64,000 nucleotides of DNA from Candidatus Danuiimicrobium aquiferis (GCA_001804285.1 MHFR01000008.1:2740-66739), one strand, 5' to 3'; counted from the stretch's first letter, positions 46,082 through 56,215 are shown. The notes: generated by a model from the sequence alone, not told the origin. Numbers and translations are program-made.

Positions 46082-46298
46082 CTGCCTATCAAAACCGTCC
46101 TATTCGCTAAAAGAATTCCCCTTGCATGACCTCCTATAAATTATTGTTTCTAATCTGGTTTTATTAAGGGGTTGATTAGTTTTGAAAACTGTTTAAAAAG
46201 TATACCATTAAATCACCTAATAAGCAAATCCCGCTGAAAATTTTTTGTTTTCATAAGTCGCTCAAATTAAAAGAGTTAGGAGTTGAAAGCAATCAATT
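46082..46298 (-). promoter_or_regulatory. AT-rich intergenic region upstream of the giant gene, presumed to hold its promoter and RBS.
   Basis: This is 217 nt of non-coding AT-rich sequence between the PDZ gene stop (46299) and the giant-gene ATG (46081). The weak SD TAGGCAG lies 3–9 nt upstream of the ATG. I cannot assign −10/−35 boxes confidently. Confidence 0.35.
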
Positions 46299-47345
46299 CT
46301 ATATGGGATTGATTTCAAGGTGCTTTTCGGGAGTGATGGAAATTGACAATTCCCGTCCATCCCGCTTAATCAAAAAAGATCTCGGGGTACCAGGAACAAC
46401 CTTATCCGCATTTTGATAATAAGTAAGCCAACTCATTAAAGGTCTTCCCTCCTCAGATACCAGAATATCACCGACTCTGAGTCCGGCAACTTCTGCAGGA
46501 CCTTTTGGCAAAACCTCAGTCACCAAGAATGCGTTTTCAATCTTGCCATAGTCAGCTTTAAACCCGAAATAAGGGGTATCGGAAGGAAAATAAAATGCGT
46601 TAATGTCTAAATCAATGACATTTTTTTTCCTCTCAAGAGAGAACTTCACTTTTCGCGTAGAATTAATTCCGGCCAAGGTTTTGAAGAAATTATGGACATC
46701 AACGTCCACTCCATCTAATTTTAAAACAATATCACCATTCCGGAAGCCTTGCTCCGCCCCGAGGCCGCCGTCATCGACATTGGCTATATAATATTTAAAT
46801 GTTGTTTCGTCTAAATAAAAATCACAGCCAACCACAATATGGGATAAATTCGGATATTTTCTTTGAACCAATAGTGCGCTAACTAATCCGCCCAAACGAT
46901 TTTCAAATACACCTTTCGAACTATCATGCCATCCCTTCTTGACGAGATAACTTCTTCTTGCACGTTGAAAATCAGGAACTATCATCAGCTGGCTGAGATC
47001 TTCCGATTTCCGACTGACCTTAATCAATAGCGTGCAGAAACCCGAAAGTGCCCAACTAGATGTTTTGGCCCATGCGCGATACTCACTACTACGAACCGGA
47101 AATTCCATAGACGTGATGGCTCCTGTTTGTTGATCGCTTGTTTGAACAGGAATAAAATCGTTTTTCAGAATTTCGTCAATCACACCCCATAACTCGTCAT
47201 ACGTTGCCGGATAGGTAAATGTTTTCGATGACAAAGGTCCGCGCTTGAACGGATTGCTTAACGCAGATACTTCGGGGGACAATAGACATAAAAAAAGCAA
47301 GCTGCCCACCAAAATGGACAACTTGCTTTTTTTAAACATTTTCAT
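46299..47345 (-). CDS. Secreted protein with two PDZ domains.
   Basis: The signal peptide is MKMFKKSKLSILVGSLLFLCLLSPEVSA. The PDZ-like cores are GFRNGDIVLKLDGVDV and GLRVGDILVSEEGRPL. Confidence 0.65.
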   Translation of the reverse strand: MKMFKKSKLSILVGSLLFLCLLSPEVSALSNPFKRGPLSSKTFTYPATYDELWGVIDEILKNDFIPVQTSDQQTGAITSMEFPVRSSEYRAWAKTSSWALSGFCTLLIKVSRKSEDLSQLMIVPDFQRARRSYLVKKGWHDSSKGVFENRLGGLVSALLVQRKYPNLSHIVVGCDFYLDETTFKYYIANVDDGGLGAEQGFRNGDIVLKLDGVDVDVHNFFKTLAGINSTRKVKFSLERKKNVIDLDINAFYFPSDTPYFGFKADYGKIENAFLVTEVLPKGPAEVAGLRVGDILVSEEGRPLMSWLTYYQNADKVVPGTPRSFLIKRDGRELSISITPEKHLEINPI

Positions 47346-47363
47346 CTACAACTAACCGACGCC

Positions 47364-47729
47364 TTAACGAGCACCAGTCCCCTTTGCTGAAACTCCCGAT
47401 CCGTTACCTGCTCTCATGTAAGCATCCGTTGCGCTCCACAAATGATTTGCCGCCAAAATACTAACGCCAACCGCCCAAACCAATGGTGAGCCAACTGTTC
47501 CGCCAAGAACGGCCGTTGCTACAATGCCACCAATTTCAATAATGATCATGGCTGCCATCTTGATCTTTCCGCCTTTGGTAGCCTGATCATCATTCAGGTA
47601 CTGCCCAAGTCCCGGCACTAACAATGAGGCTCCGCCACTCTTAAGCGGAGCAGCATCAGCATACGCTTGCCCGACAGGACCGGCAATCAAAACGAAAAGC
47701 AATAATACTGCTAAAATTCTCTGAAACAT
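47364..47729 (-). CDS. Small membrane/secreted protein (Gly-rich TM).
   Basis: The likely start is MFQRILAVLLLFVLIAGPVGQAYA (signal). The Gly/Ala-rich hydrophobic segment is MAAMIIIEIGGIVATAVLGGTVGSPLVWAVGVSILAA. The ORF track extends it to 47828. Confidence 0.45.
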   Translation of the reverse strand: MFQRILAVLLLFVLIAGPVGQAYADAAPLKSGGASLLVPGLGQYLNDDQATKGGKIKMAAMIIIEIGGIVATAVLGGTVGSPLVWAVGVSILAANHLWSATDAYMRAGNGSGVSAKGTGAR

Positions 47730-47912
47730 GTTCTTCCTCCCTTTAATTGAATTCACATCAATGCACGATTTTTTTATGTCTTCGGCATAATTCCGAAAAT
47801 CTATATAAAAGAAACTTGCATTATTCATATAAGCTATTATTTATTTTTTATTATACTAAAAAAATGAAGAAAAGCAATTTTTTGATAAAAAGGGTGAATT
47901 CTAAAACCCGGG

Positions 47913-48662
47913 CTAAACGCAAATTGGAAATGTTAGCCCAAAACACGTTCCCTTCCCGGGAAATGTCTCGGCATAAATCGTTCCTCCGTTTTGTTCAACC
48001 AGCGACCGGGTCAAATAGAGTCCAAGCCCATTTGCATTCGAATAAATGGCCGTTTTCGTCGTAAAAAACGGATCAAAAATGTAATGCAAAAAATGCGGCT
48101 CAATTCCCGGCCCCGTATCCACCAGATGAATCATTGCCGTCCGTTCCTCGGGTCCCATCAGACGATCCCGGTAAATACAGCTGACATAGGCACGAAGGAT
48201 TACTTTCCGATCCGCGGTTTGGGCCGCTTCCATGGCCTGCAATGCATTTTCCGATAAATAAAATAGAATCTCCCGGAGATGCTCGCCATGAGAAATAATC
48301 AGCGGAAAATCATCCGGTACCCGGTTTAGAAATTCGACGCCGTTCGAAATTTCAGTTTCTTTTAGCTGTTCGATTACCTCCTCAAATGTTTTTTGCAGAC
48401 TGACCTTGCGTTCTATCTTTACCGGAAACTGCGTCGTGGAATAGGGCGATTCCCGCTCCCTTATTCCGGGATTCCGCAATCGCTCGATAATTCCGATCGC
48501 CCGCTCTGAATGAATTTTGATTTTTTCAGCCCATTCGTGAGACAGTATCCCGGCATTCGCCACGCCTCTATCGCGAACTCTCGTCAAATTCTCCAAATGA
48601 ACTTCTGCCATCCCCTTGATCGCATAAAGCGAACCAACAAGATCATGATTTAAGTGCTTCAT
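47913..48662 (-). CDS. Cytoplasmic histidine kinase (HisKA + HATPase_c, no sensor domain).
   Basis: The H-box lies at the extreme N-terminus (MKHLNHDLVGSLYAIKG). The G-boxes are LVDTGPGIEP and NANGLGLYLTRSLV. Confidence 0.75.
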   Translation of the reverse strand: MKHLNHDLVGSLYAIKGMAEVHLENLTRVRDRGVANAGILSHEWAEKIKIHSERAIGIIERLRNPGIRERESPYSTTQFPVKIERKVSLQKTFEEVIEQLKETEISNGVEFLNRVPDDFPLIISHGEHLREILFYLSENALQAMEAAQTADRKVILRAYVSCIYRDRLMGPEERTAMIHLVDTGPGIEPHFLHYIFDPFFTTKTAIYSNANGLGLYLTRSLVEQNGGTIYAETFPGKGTCFGLTFPICV

Positions 48663-49063
48663 GGTTTGAGAAAACTCCTTCGGTTCTTAAATTTTCAATT
48701 AATTTTTGGTGTCTATTTAGCGTTCTGAAGTGGCGAACACGCCAGGTTCGTGTCATGCCCGCATGCTTAAGGCGGGCATCCACAGTTTCTGGATCCCCGC
48801 CCTTCATGTCTGTCACACCTTTTCTATTGGATTTTTTTATTTCCAGTTTTTGTAACTTTGCAAGTCTATAAGTTTTCATTTTATCACCTTACCCCCTCTT
48901 CCCTGTAATGCTTTATATAACGATACATACCTGATATATTTAAAAAGATCAAGCCGACAAACATGGGTTTTTTTATTAATATAATATGGAATTATTGAAA
49001 TCCTTATTAAACCCGTGTATACTTACGGGTTAGGTGCTTAAACGGCCTGAAAGGGCACGGATC

Positions 49064-50386
49064 ATGTACGAAAAAATCTTGAAGCATTTCAAGGCGGCTT
49101 ACCCGGGATTCCCTGCAAAGCCTTCCATTAATCTTGGCCTTGGAATCAAGCAAATCCGCCTTCGGATGGGCATGACGCAAGACGAGCTTGCGGGGCAGGC
49201 GAAGATGAAACCCACCGCGCTCAAGACCCTTGAAAACGGCTATGCCCAATTCACAAAAGCCTCCAATTTGGAGCGGCTGGCGTCCGCTCTGCACACCAAG
49301 ATTTGTGACATCGTCAATGAAGCACGAGAATGGTTTGCATCTAATTTCTTTGTCTTAAAACTTGAAGATCCCGAGCAACCATCACCGCGTCAACGCAAAT
49401 GGCGGGCGGAAAAATGGTTTAAGGCCAAGTGGCATTCATTTGACGGCTTCGATGCCTGCCTCTTAACGTCTCCGGCAGAAGGTCCGGCGCATTTTCACTT
49501 TGCCGCAATTGATATCCATCCCGGCCACGCGCTTAAACATTTGCATCGCAAATCTCATACGCTTACGCAAATCGCCGGTTTTGTCGAACGCGGTTCTTTA
49601 AAAATCATTTATACCGGCAAAGAAGCGAGCACCCTTTCCGGCAATCAGGGATTTATCCTCCGGGGTGACAAAACGCACCAATTCATCAACGAAGACCATG
49701 ACAACAAATTGCGGATCTATTTGGCGTTCTTGTTCCCGTTGCAAAAATCAATAAAGAAAAAACCCCGAAAGAATCTTTCGCGGGAATCCTTCTCCGTCGG
49801 GCGCGCCATTGAATCGCTTCGGCTACTTTATTCCGATTCGCCTGCCCGGCCGCTTTCATTTTCCCGTCTCGCCGAACTCACGGGCCTTGATGCGAAAAGC
49901 CTGAAATACCTCAGCAAAACCAATCATCCGGGACAAGTCGTTTACTGGGATAAGATCGAAGTCATCACCCATGCACTCCATATTCCGATTTCACGTTTTA
50001 TCGAACTTGCAGAAGGAAAAGATGATGGCTATATCAAAATCGCGACAGCGCACGACCGCGCTCTGATTGATTACCGGCATTATTTAGGCGTCCGGATCAA
50101 ATCCATTTTATTTCCGTCCTCCTCAAATCAATTTCATTTTTCAGAATTATATATCGAACCCAGGGGCGGAATTCGGCGCGCAAGCTGGCGTCGAACGGAC
50201 AACGCCATGATGCTTGCTTATGTGGAAGACGGAGAATTACTGGTTGAGGTGGGGAAAAACCGGAAAACTTTACTGTCCGCGGGCGAAAGCGTTTATTTTG
50301 ACGGAAGTTTGGGCTACATTTTCACCAACTCCGGCGCTAAACCCACAAAAATTTTATTCGTCACTCATCCCGCGATTATATTTTAA
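49064..50386 (+). CDS. XRE-family HTH transcriptional regulator with two cupin domains.
   Basis: The HTH is LGIKQIRLRMGMTQDELAGQAKMKPTALKTLENG. Two cupin-like blocks follow (…LLTSPAEGPAHFH…; …LYIEPRGGIRRASWRRTDNAMMLAYVEDGELLVEVG…). The track starts at GTG 49034; the ATG at 49064 with an upstream AAGGG is more likely. Confidence 0.7.
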   Translation: MYEKILKHFKAAYPGFPAKPSINLGLGIKQIRLRMGMTQDELAGQAKMKPTALKTLENGYAQFTKASNLERLASALHTKICDIVNEAREWFASNFFVLKLEDPEQPSPRQRKWRAEKWFKAKWHSFDGFDACLLTSPAEGPAHFHFAAIDIHPGHALKHLHRKSHTLTQIAGFVERGSLKIIYTGKEASTLSGNQGFILRGDKTHQFINEDHDNKLRIYLAFLFPLQKSIKKKPRKNLSRESFSVGRAIESLRLLYSDSPARPLSFSRLAELTGLDAKSLKYLSKTNHPGQVVYWDKIEVITHALHIPISRFIELAEGKDDGYIKIATAHDRALIDYRHYLGVRIKSILFPSSSNQFHFSELYIEPRGGIRRASWRRTDNAMMLAYVEDGELLVEVGKNRKTLLSAGESVYFDGSLGYIFTNSGAKPTKILFVTHPAIIF

Positions 50387-50389
50387 AAC

Positions 50390-50680
50390 AAAAGCCCCTC
50401 ACCCCTGCCCTCTCCCTCAGGGAGAAAAAGGGGACAGGCAATTGTTCAACTTGAGTCATATGCCTGTCCCGAATGGCACTGACTTAAGGAAATATACAGC
50501 GTTTTTTCTGGATTCCCGCTTTCGCGGGAATGACAAGAAAAGTGACGGAATATCTTTTGCCTAATAAAGTTACATTATATGTCATCCCCGCGAAAGCGGG
50601 GATCCAGCGGTAGGAATTAGCTGAAAAAGTTGTTAAGTCTTGTTAAGTCAGTGCCATTCTTGCCTGTCCCCTTTTTTACT
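50390..50680. repeat. Repeat-rich intergenic region. It contains the cccctcacccctgccc palindrome, a paired ggattcccgctttcgcgggaatgac / gtcatccccgcgaaagcggggatccag element, and gcctgtcccctttt hairpins.
   Basis: The elements are visible in the sequence. The aaaaggggacaggc…gcctgtcccctttt inverted repeats recur at 51497–51560 and 51600–51640 and could act as bidirectional terminators. Confidence 0.6.
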
Positions 50681-51497
50681 AACCGATCAATTTCCGCTCC
50701 AACGCGATTTTTTCCACGAGATCCATCACGTCAGCCATATAAAATGGCTTGGAAATGAAATCCTTACATCCGATTTTATGAAATTCGGCCTCAACATCTT
50801 CTGGTAAATCATTAGCAGACATCGGGATCATATAGGGAGGATTGGGCAGTTTGCTCAGCGCAAGAATCAGCTCGTTCCCCTGAATCCTTCCGCCCAATTT
50901 CATATCCACGAGTAAAATATCGACAGGCTCCGTTTTAAGCGCCTCGAAAGCCATGACACCGTTTGAAAAACACCTCACCTGATAATTCCGCCTTCCGAAT
51001 ATATCCTCAAGAACATCAAGGATATCCGGTTCGTCCTCGACAAATCCAATCACGCACCGGTTCTTCTCATAAATCTTGTCCTCGATTCGAACGCCTTGGC
51101 ACACAATCGACTGCCCAAGCTTTCGCTTAATCACGTTTTCCATTTCTTCAAACCGGAACGGTTTCGTCACCACGTCATTCGTCGAAATCCCGTGCCGTTT
51201 AAGTTCATCGATATATCTCGGAAGGTATCCCGTCATAATCATCGTGGGGGGAAGCGCAAGGCCGGCTTCAATAATTCTATCGAGCACCGCAATTCCGTCT
51301 AATTTTCGCATTTTCAAATCCAGCAGCATCAGTCTGACTGAAAAATTCCGCAGCTTATCGATCACCGTCGTCGGGTCCGCTGTCGCAATCGTCTCACAAT
51401 TCAATTTTTCGAAATGATCCTGCAACAACTCAATAATTTCGCGCTCATCATCAACAATCAAAATCAGCGGCCGTGGTTCAGGTTCAGTCATTGGCAT
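50679..51497 (-). CDS. Response regulator with two tandem receiver (REC) domains and no output domain.
   Basis: REC1 reads LILIVDDEREI…LLDLKMRKLDG…TGY; REC2 reads GFVEDEPDILDVL…LLVDMKLGG…KPF. Confidence 0.75.
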   Translation of the reverse strand: MPMTEPEPRPLILIVDDEREIIELLQDHFEKLNCETIATADPTTVIDKLRNFSVRLMLLDLKMRKLDGIAVLDRIIEAGLALPPTMIMTGYLPRYIDELKRHGISTNDVVTKPFRFEEMENVIKRKLGQSIVCQGVRIEDKIYEKNRCVIGFVEDEPDILDVLEDIFGRRNYQVRCFSNGVMAFEALKTEPVDILLVDMKLGGRIQGNELILALSKLPNPPYMIPMSANDLPEDVEAEFHKIGCKDFISKPFYMADVMDLVEKIALERKLIG

Positions 51498-51608
51498 GTC
51501 GTTCTTAAGAAAAGGGGACAGGCATATGACTCACAAGCAAGCAATTGCCTGTCCCCTTTTCTTCGTTTATTATTCGTCATTCGGATTTCGTCATTGCTCA
51601 TTTTACTA

Positions 51609-51998
51609 TCAATCGCCTGTCCCCTTTTCTTCACTTCCCAACAACGTCCCCACCTTCTTTAAAAACACTTCCGTGCGAAGATCAATCGGTTTTTCCAAGT
51701 AATCAATCACTCCGAATTTTTCAGCCTGCTGCTTCATGCCCATATCCACATATCCGGACATCGCCACAATTTTCATTTTTGGCCGCCGCTCACTTACTTT
51801 TTGGATCACATCCAGGCCGGTCATCGTTGTGGAAAGCTTCAAATCGACGATCATCAATTTGAAATCATGTTCATCGACAAGGCGAACCGCTTCTTCACCC
51901 GTGACCACAAACTTTCCCTTGAGATGAATCTGCTCAAGCACCTGGCACAGAAAATCCCCGATATCTTCTTCGTCATCAACAATAAGAACGTCGTACAT
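51609..51998 (-). CDS. Single-domain CheY-like response regulator.
   Basis: The sequence is MYDVLIVDDEEDIGDFL…MIVDLKLSTTMTGLDV…IVAMSGY…EKP. Confidence 0.75.
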   Translation of the reverse strand: MYDVLIVDDEEDIGDFLCQVLEQIHLKGKFVVTGEEAVRLVDEHDFKLMIVDLKLSTTMTGLDVIQKVSERRPKMKIVAMSGYVDMGMKQQAEKFGVIDYLEKPIDLRTEVFLKKVGTLLGSEEKGTGD

Positions 51999-52138
51999 GG
52001 ATTACCTTTCTAAAGGGCGCAAGTCACAAGCGCACAAGATCACAAGTAAAACCCCCGGTACCGTTGCCGTTGTGAAATATTTTCCTTGTGCGCTTATGCT
52101 CCTGTGCACTTCTGCTCTTTTGCACTTTTCACCATGGC

Positions 52139-54535
52139 TCACATCCCGCCTTCCGCCAGCGGGAGTTTAATCACGAATGTCGTTCCTTTTCCAACCTCAC
52201 TTTTCACGCCGATCGAACCCTTGTGGATCGATTCGACAATATGCTTTGTCACGAACAGTCCCTGCCCCTGTCCGGCCGCGCCGATACTATCGTCTTTCCT
52301 TGTTTTCGTCGAAAAACCCTGAAGCCAAATCTTCGCCGCCACTTCGGGCGGCATCCCGGGGCCGTTATCCGAAAACTCAATTTTTGCCATTTTGGGGTCA
52401 TCCTTGTCAAAACTTCCGTGGATTTCAATCACGCGCCGGCTTTGTCCATGCATCGCTTCGTAAGCGTTCTTTATCAGATTAACGAACACCTGAATCAGTT
52501 GCTCCAAATTCCCCATAATCACCACATTGGACGTGATGTGTTCCTGCAGTTCACAGCCCGCCAGATTTTCTTCATACGTTGAAAACCGGGCCGCCTCTAT
52601 GGCTTCCCGGCAAAGCACAATCAGACTCAAGGGCCCGATTTCACCGCGTGTATCTTTCAATATGTTCGTCAGCGTCCGCACAGCAATTTCAATGCGCTCA
52701 CCCGAACGCACAATCCGGCGGAGATAATCATCACTTTTAGTGATTAACTTCTCAAATTCTGCCACATCTTGACTGTCTATCCGTTCGGCATTTCGATTAA
52801 AAATCTCGCGGTATTTATTGAGTTCATACTTAATGAGCTGTTCACCGCGCCCGAGAATGGTTGAGAGCGGATTATTGACTTCATGCCCGATCGCCTTTGC
52901 CATTCCCACCATCGTCGCGCTTTTTTCTGCAACAATCAAAGATGCTTGCGTAATCTGAAGTTTTTTATTCGCCGATTCGGTTTCCTCAAGCGCTTGAATC
53001 AGGCCATGCTGGGCCCGCTCGAGTTCACGGTTCATCAACGCAAGCTCTTTTTGCTTTTGAAGGGCTTCATCGTAAAGCCGCGCATTTTCAAACGCAATAG
53101 ACGATTCCTGCGCAAGCGTAAAAAACACATCCAATTCTTCATCGGAATACGGCTCGTCGGACTTCTGCGGCCCAAGAAATAAAATTCCGCGCAAGTGGGA
53201 AACCCCTTTTCCGGCTTTCTCGTGAGATTGTTCTCCATTTTGCCGGTGAGCTTCGCCTCCGAAACACGGCACAGCCGCCTCCGCTTTGAGCGCCGTAAAA
53301 AGATCGAATATCCGATCCATCTCCTCTTTGATTTGAGAATCTTTTTCGGCCTTGCGCATCTCAATTAAATTCACTTTTTCTATCGGCCCGCGTTTTTGAT
53401 ACAGATAAACAATCAAGGGATGCGTAAACAGAATTTTTTTAAAATCGAAATCATGAATCGCCGGCCGGCTCGCTTCAAGCCTCAAACCCGTTTTGTCCCG
53501 CGCCGTGTAAACAAAAATACTCGCATTCGCAATCCGCGCCTTTTTGATCATGAACGACACAATCCGCATCGTCTGCTTCTTCAGCGAATCCACATGCGCC
53601 AAATACTCACTCGCCTCTTTCAGGAGCTGCCTATAATCCACCTTCTTTTGAAAAAGATACTGGTCTGTGAGATTTACCAGCAGCTTACGAACCGGATCAA
53701 ACAGCAGCATCGCAACGACTATACTTAGGACTCGAATACTATTCGGCCCCATCTTTAAATATTGCCCTGCAAAACTCTGCGCCAATGTCGTTACCATCGC
53801 AACCACACTCATCAACACCGCCAAAAGCCCGGCAAAGACAAGCGTCTTCTTGATGATGACTTCAATGTCCATCAGATGATGCCGAACAATCGCATAACCA
53901 ATGATAAAGCAATATATCGGAATAAAAAAGATGCCAAAGGGATAAATGTTCGGCAAAAAAGCAGGAAGAAACGTCGTTAGCCCTCCAATCACGCCAACAA
54001 AAGTAGCGATAAAAAAATAAGTAACCTGTAAACGTTTCAGGCCAATCGCGTTTAAAAAATACGAAAACAATAGAAAATATCCAATCAGAAATGGAACGCA
54101 AAAATAGATCATAAATAAAAAATAAAGTGGACCCGGCACCAGCCAATACTGAAACCCGGCTTTCAACTCGACACTTTTGATCACGTACGGCGTAAACAGA
54201 AGCGAAACAAACACGAAACCTGCCGCATAAAATGTTACTGTCAATCGCTTATGGTTTTTTGAGGCGGCTGCTTCGCAGAAAGAAATGACAAAATGTAAAA
54301 ATATGGGTGCTAATAATGCAGTCGAAATATTAATGAGCCTGATAAACGACAAACCGATCGTTTGAGTTTTCGAAAAAAATGATCCGATGAACCCAATACT
54401 GACAAAACCAACTAAAAAACAAAAAAAAGCCCACAATTTTTGAGGCAAAGAACTTTTGGGACGCGATATAATAAAAAAACCAAGAATAAAACTACCGATT
54501 AAACTAACAAACCAAGACGTGCAATAATAAACCAC
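52139..54535 (-). CDS. Membrane sensor histidine kinase (multi-TM N-terminus, GAF-like domain, coiled coil, HisKA, HATPase_c).
   Basis: There are ~7 hydrophobic helices in the first 250 aa. A GAF-like block (…ANASIFVYTARDKTGLRLEAS…LGPQKSDEPYSDEELDVFFTLAQESSIAFENARLYDE) follows. The H-box is AKAIGHEVNNPLSTILG and the ATP-lid is DNGPGMP…GQGQGLFVTKHIV. Confidence 0.8.
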   Translation of the reverse strand: MVYYCTSWFVSLIGSFILGFFIISRPKSSLPQKLWAFFCFLVGFVSIGFIGSFFSKTQTIGLSFIRLINISTALLAPIFLHFVISFCEAAASKNHKRLTVTFYAAGFVFVSLLFTPYVIKSVELKAGFQYWLVPGPLYFLFMIYFCVPFLIGYFLLFSYFLNAIGLKRLQVTYFFIATFVGVIGGLTTFLPAFLPNIYPFGIFFIPIYCFIIGYAIVRHHLMDIEVIIKKTLVFAGLLAVLMSVVAMVTTLAQSFAGQYLKMGPNSIRVLSIVVAMLLFDPVRKLLVNLTDQYLFQKKVDYRQLLKEASEYLAHVDSLKKQTMRIVSFMIKKARIANASIFVYTARDKTGLRLEASRPAIHDFDFKKILFTHPLIVYLYQKRGPIEKVNLIEMRKAEKDSQIKEEMDRIFDLFTALKAEAAVPCFGGEAHRQNGEQSHEKAGKGVSHLRGILFLGPQKSDEPYSDEELDVFFTLAQESSIAFENARLYDEALQKQKELALMNRELERAQHGLIQALEETESANKKLQITQASLIVAEKSATMVGMAKAIGHEVNNPLSTILGRGEQLIKYELNKYREIFNRNAERIDSQDVAEFEKLITKSDDYLRRIVRSGERIEIAVRTLTNILKDTRGEIGPLSLIVLCREAIEAARFSTYEENLAGCELQEHITSNVVIMGNLEQLIQVFVNLIKNAYEAMHGQSRRVIEIHGSFDKDDPKMAKIEFSDNGPGMPPEVAAKIWLQGFSTKTRKDDSIGAAGQGQGLFVTKHIVESIHKGSIGVKSEVGKGTTFVIKLPLAEGGM

Positions 54536-54537
54536 GT

Positions 54538-55224
54538 TTATGATTCCTTTTTTCTTATTCGAGGAAAAACCATTCCCGTTGTCTTCCGGTATTTTTTATA
54601 TTGCTGCCCGAAAATTTTAATATTATTCAACTCCTCTACCCTGATCCTCATAAAATAGGCCGGAATTGTTAAAAATAAAAAATAGAGAATCGTCATGTAG
54701 GCATTGGCAATGAGAACAACTCCCAACAGCTCAAGCAATGTCGCTGTATAAATTGGATGCCTGATATACTGATACGGACCTAATGTAATTAAACGCTTAT
54801 GCTCGATCTTTTTTTTACCAATGGCGTGAATGGCCCATTGTTTCCCAAGCGCCGCCATGCCCCACCATCTTAGTCTAAACGCCGCGACATAGATAAGCAA
54901 TCCGGAACCGCTAATAGCTAAGTTGATACTTCTCCCTGTCAGATAAAACTCTGTCATGACCAAATAGAATAAGAACACATAAGCGAAAGTCACCAGCACC
55001 AGTGTCCCATCGTCAGAAATAACAAACGTATCTTTTTCTTTAGAGGTAAAAAAGGTTTCCCAAATTCTAAAGATCGAATGAAACAAAATAAAAAAACACA
55101 GCGCAAGACCATACGGCGTAGGACGGGATCGATAAAAAATAAAACAAATAACCGGAGCAATCAAAGACAACCCGATCAAAAAAGAAAGGATTAATTTTTT
55201 ATAACTTACAATAATATTTTGCAT
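54538..55224 (-). CDS. Isoprenylcysteine carboxyl methyltransferase (ICMT)/PEMT-family membrane methyltransferase.
   Basis: It has several TM helices, and ITLGPYQYIRHPIYTATLLELLG matches the ICMT/PEMT SAM-binding signature. Confidence 0.65.
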   Translation of the reverse strand: MQNIIVSYKKLILSFLIGLSLIAPVICFIFYRSRPTPYGLALCFFILFHSIFRIWETFFTSKEKDTFVISDDGTLVLVTFAYVFLFYLVMTEFYLTGRSINLAISGSGLLIYVAAFRLRWWGMAALGKQWAIHAIGKKKIEHKRLITLGPYQYIRHPIYTATLLELLGVVLIANAYMTILYFLFLTIPAYFMRIRVEELNNIKIFGQQYKKYRKTTGMVFPRIRKKES

Positions 55225-55228
55225 AACC

Positions 55229-56215
55229 CTAAGCTCCTGATTGATACAATCGGACTACTTTTTTCAGCAAATCGTTGACATCGGATCTGGGACTATAACC
55301 ATATTTCTCTGCTTTTGAAATATCCATCACCCAATGACTCATCAACTCTTTGATTTGTTCCGGTGCCGGAAAATCGAAACTTTTAAGAGAAGAAACTCTA
55401 TTAATTAAATGTATGATGCTGCTGAAAAACAAGGCCTTCATCGGAGAAATATTTTTGTTAGGCTCTTGAATATTATTTGTTGAACATATCAGACTGACCA
55501 ATTCGCGCATCAATAGCACTCGCTTGTCTGCGATATTAAACAACTCAACATTCGACAAATTCAAGCTCGGAATCAATGAAAAGAAATCGATCAGATTATC
55601 AATGCTACAAAAACTAATTTGATTGTTGCCATTTCCTATATGTCGGTATGTTTGATGAACAAGCTTCGATGTCAGCACAAAGAGCCTAGAATCCGAATTC
55701 ATTCCTTCACCATAAATAAGAGGGCACCGGACGATCACAATATTTCTCTTAACCGTTGGGAATAGCGTTCTGATAGCAAGCTCTGCCGCCAACTTGCTTT
55801 GCCCGTACAAAGAAATCGGATGTGGCTTCACATTTTCATCATTTTTACTATTTTGGTCGGAAGGCCCACATGCGGTGATGCTACTCAAATAAATAAATTT
55901 TTTGATATTTGTATCAGCAGTGGCCGAATATAAACTGGCAGTTGCTTCACAATTAGCTCTAAATAATTCTTTTTTACTTTGGCTAAAAACCGATCCCGCC
56001 AAATGATAAATAATATCGACATTCTTGATTTTATTTTTCAGCGAGGCCGTGTCAAAAAGGCCGGAAGTCCAAATTTCAATGTTTAGATCTTTCAAGCCGT
56101 CAATTCCGACACTTTCGGGCCGCAATAAACAAATAACTTTATGCCCGTCAGCAATCAAACGCTTTAACAAGTATTTCCCGACAAAACCAGTACTACCAGT
56201 CACAAGAATATTCAC
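55229..56215 (-). CDS. NAD-dependent epimerase/dehydratase (SDR family).
   Basis: The sequence is MNILVTGSTGFVGKYLLKRL…YGQSK…. It is 4 nt downstream of the ICMT gene on the same strand. Confidence 0.75.
   Translation of the reverse strand: MNILVTGSTGFVGKYLLKRLIADGHKVICLLRPESVGIDGLKDLNIEIWTSGLFDTASLKNKIKNVDIIYHLAGSVFSQSKKELFRANCEATASLYSATADTNIKKFIYLSSITACGPSDQNSKNDENVKPHPISLYGQSKLAAELAIRTLFPTVKRNIVIVRCPLIYGEGMNSDSRLFVLTSKLVHQTYRHIGNGNNQISFCSIDNLIDFFSLIPSLNLSNVELFNIADKRVLLMRELVSLICSTNNIQEPNKNISPMKALFFSSIIHLINRVSSLKSFDFPAPEQIKELMSHWVMDISKAEKYGYSPRSDVNDLLKKVVRLYQSGA

Noticed and set aside
48643-48879. A 78-aa ORF upstream of the cytoplasmic histidine kinase.
   Set aside because: Most of it is the translation of a palindromic repeat (…VTDMKGGDPETVDARLKHAGMT… from gtgacagacatgaagggcggggatccag…ggatgcccgccttaagcatgcgggcatgaca). 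It is more likely an intergenic repeat than a gene.
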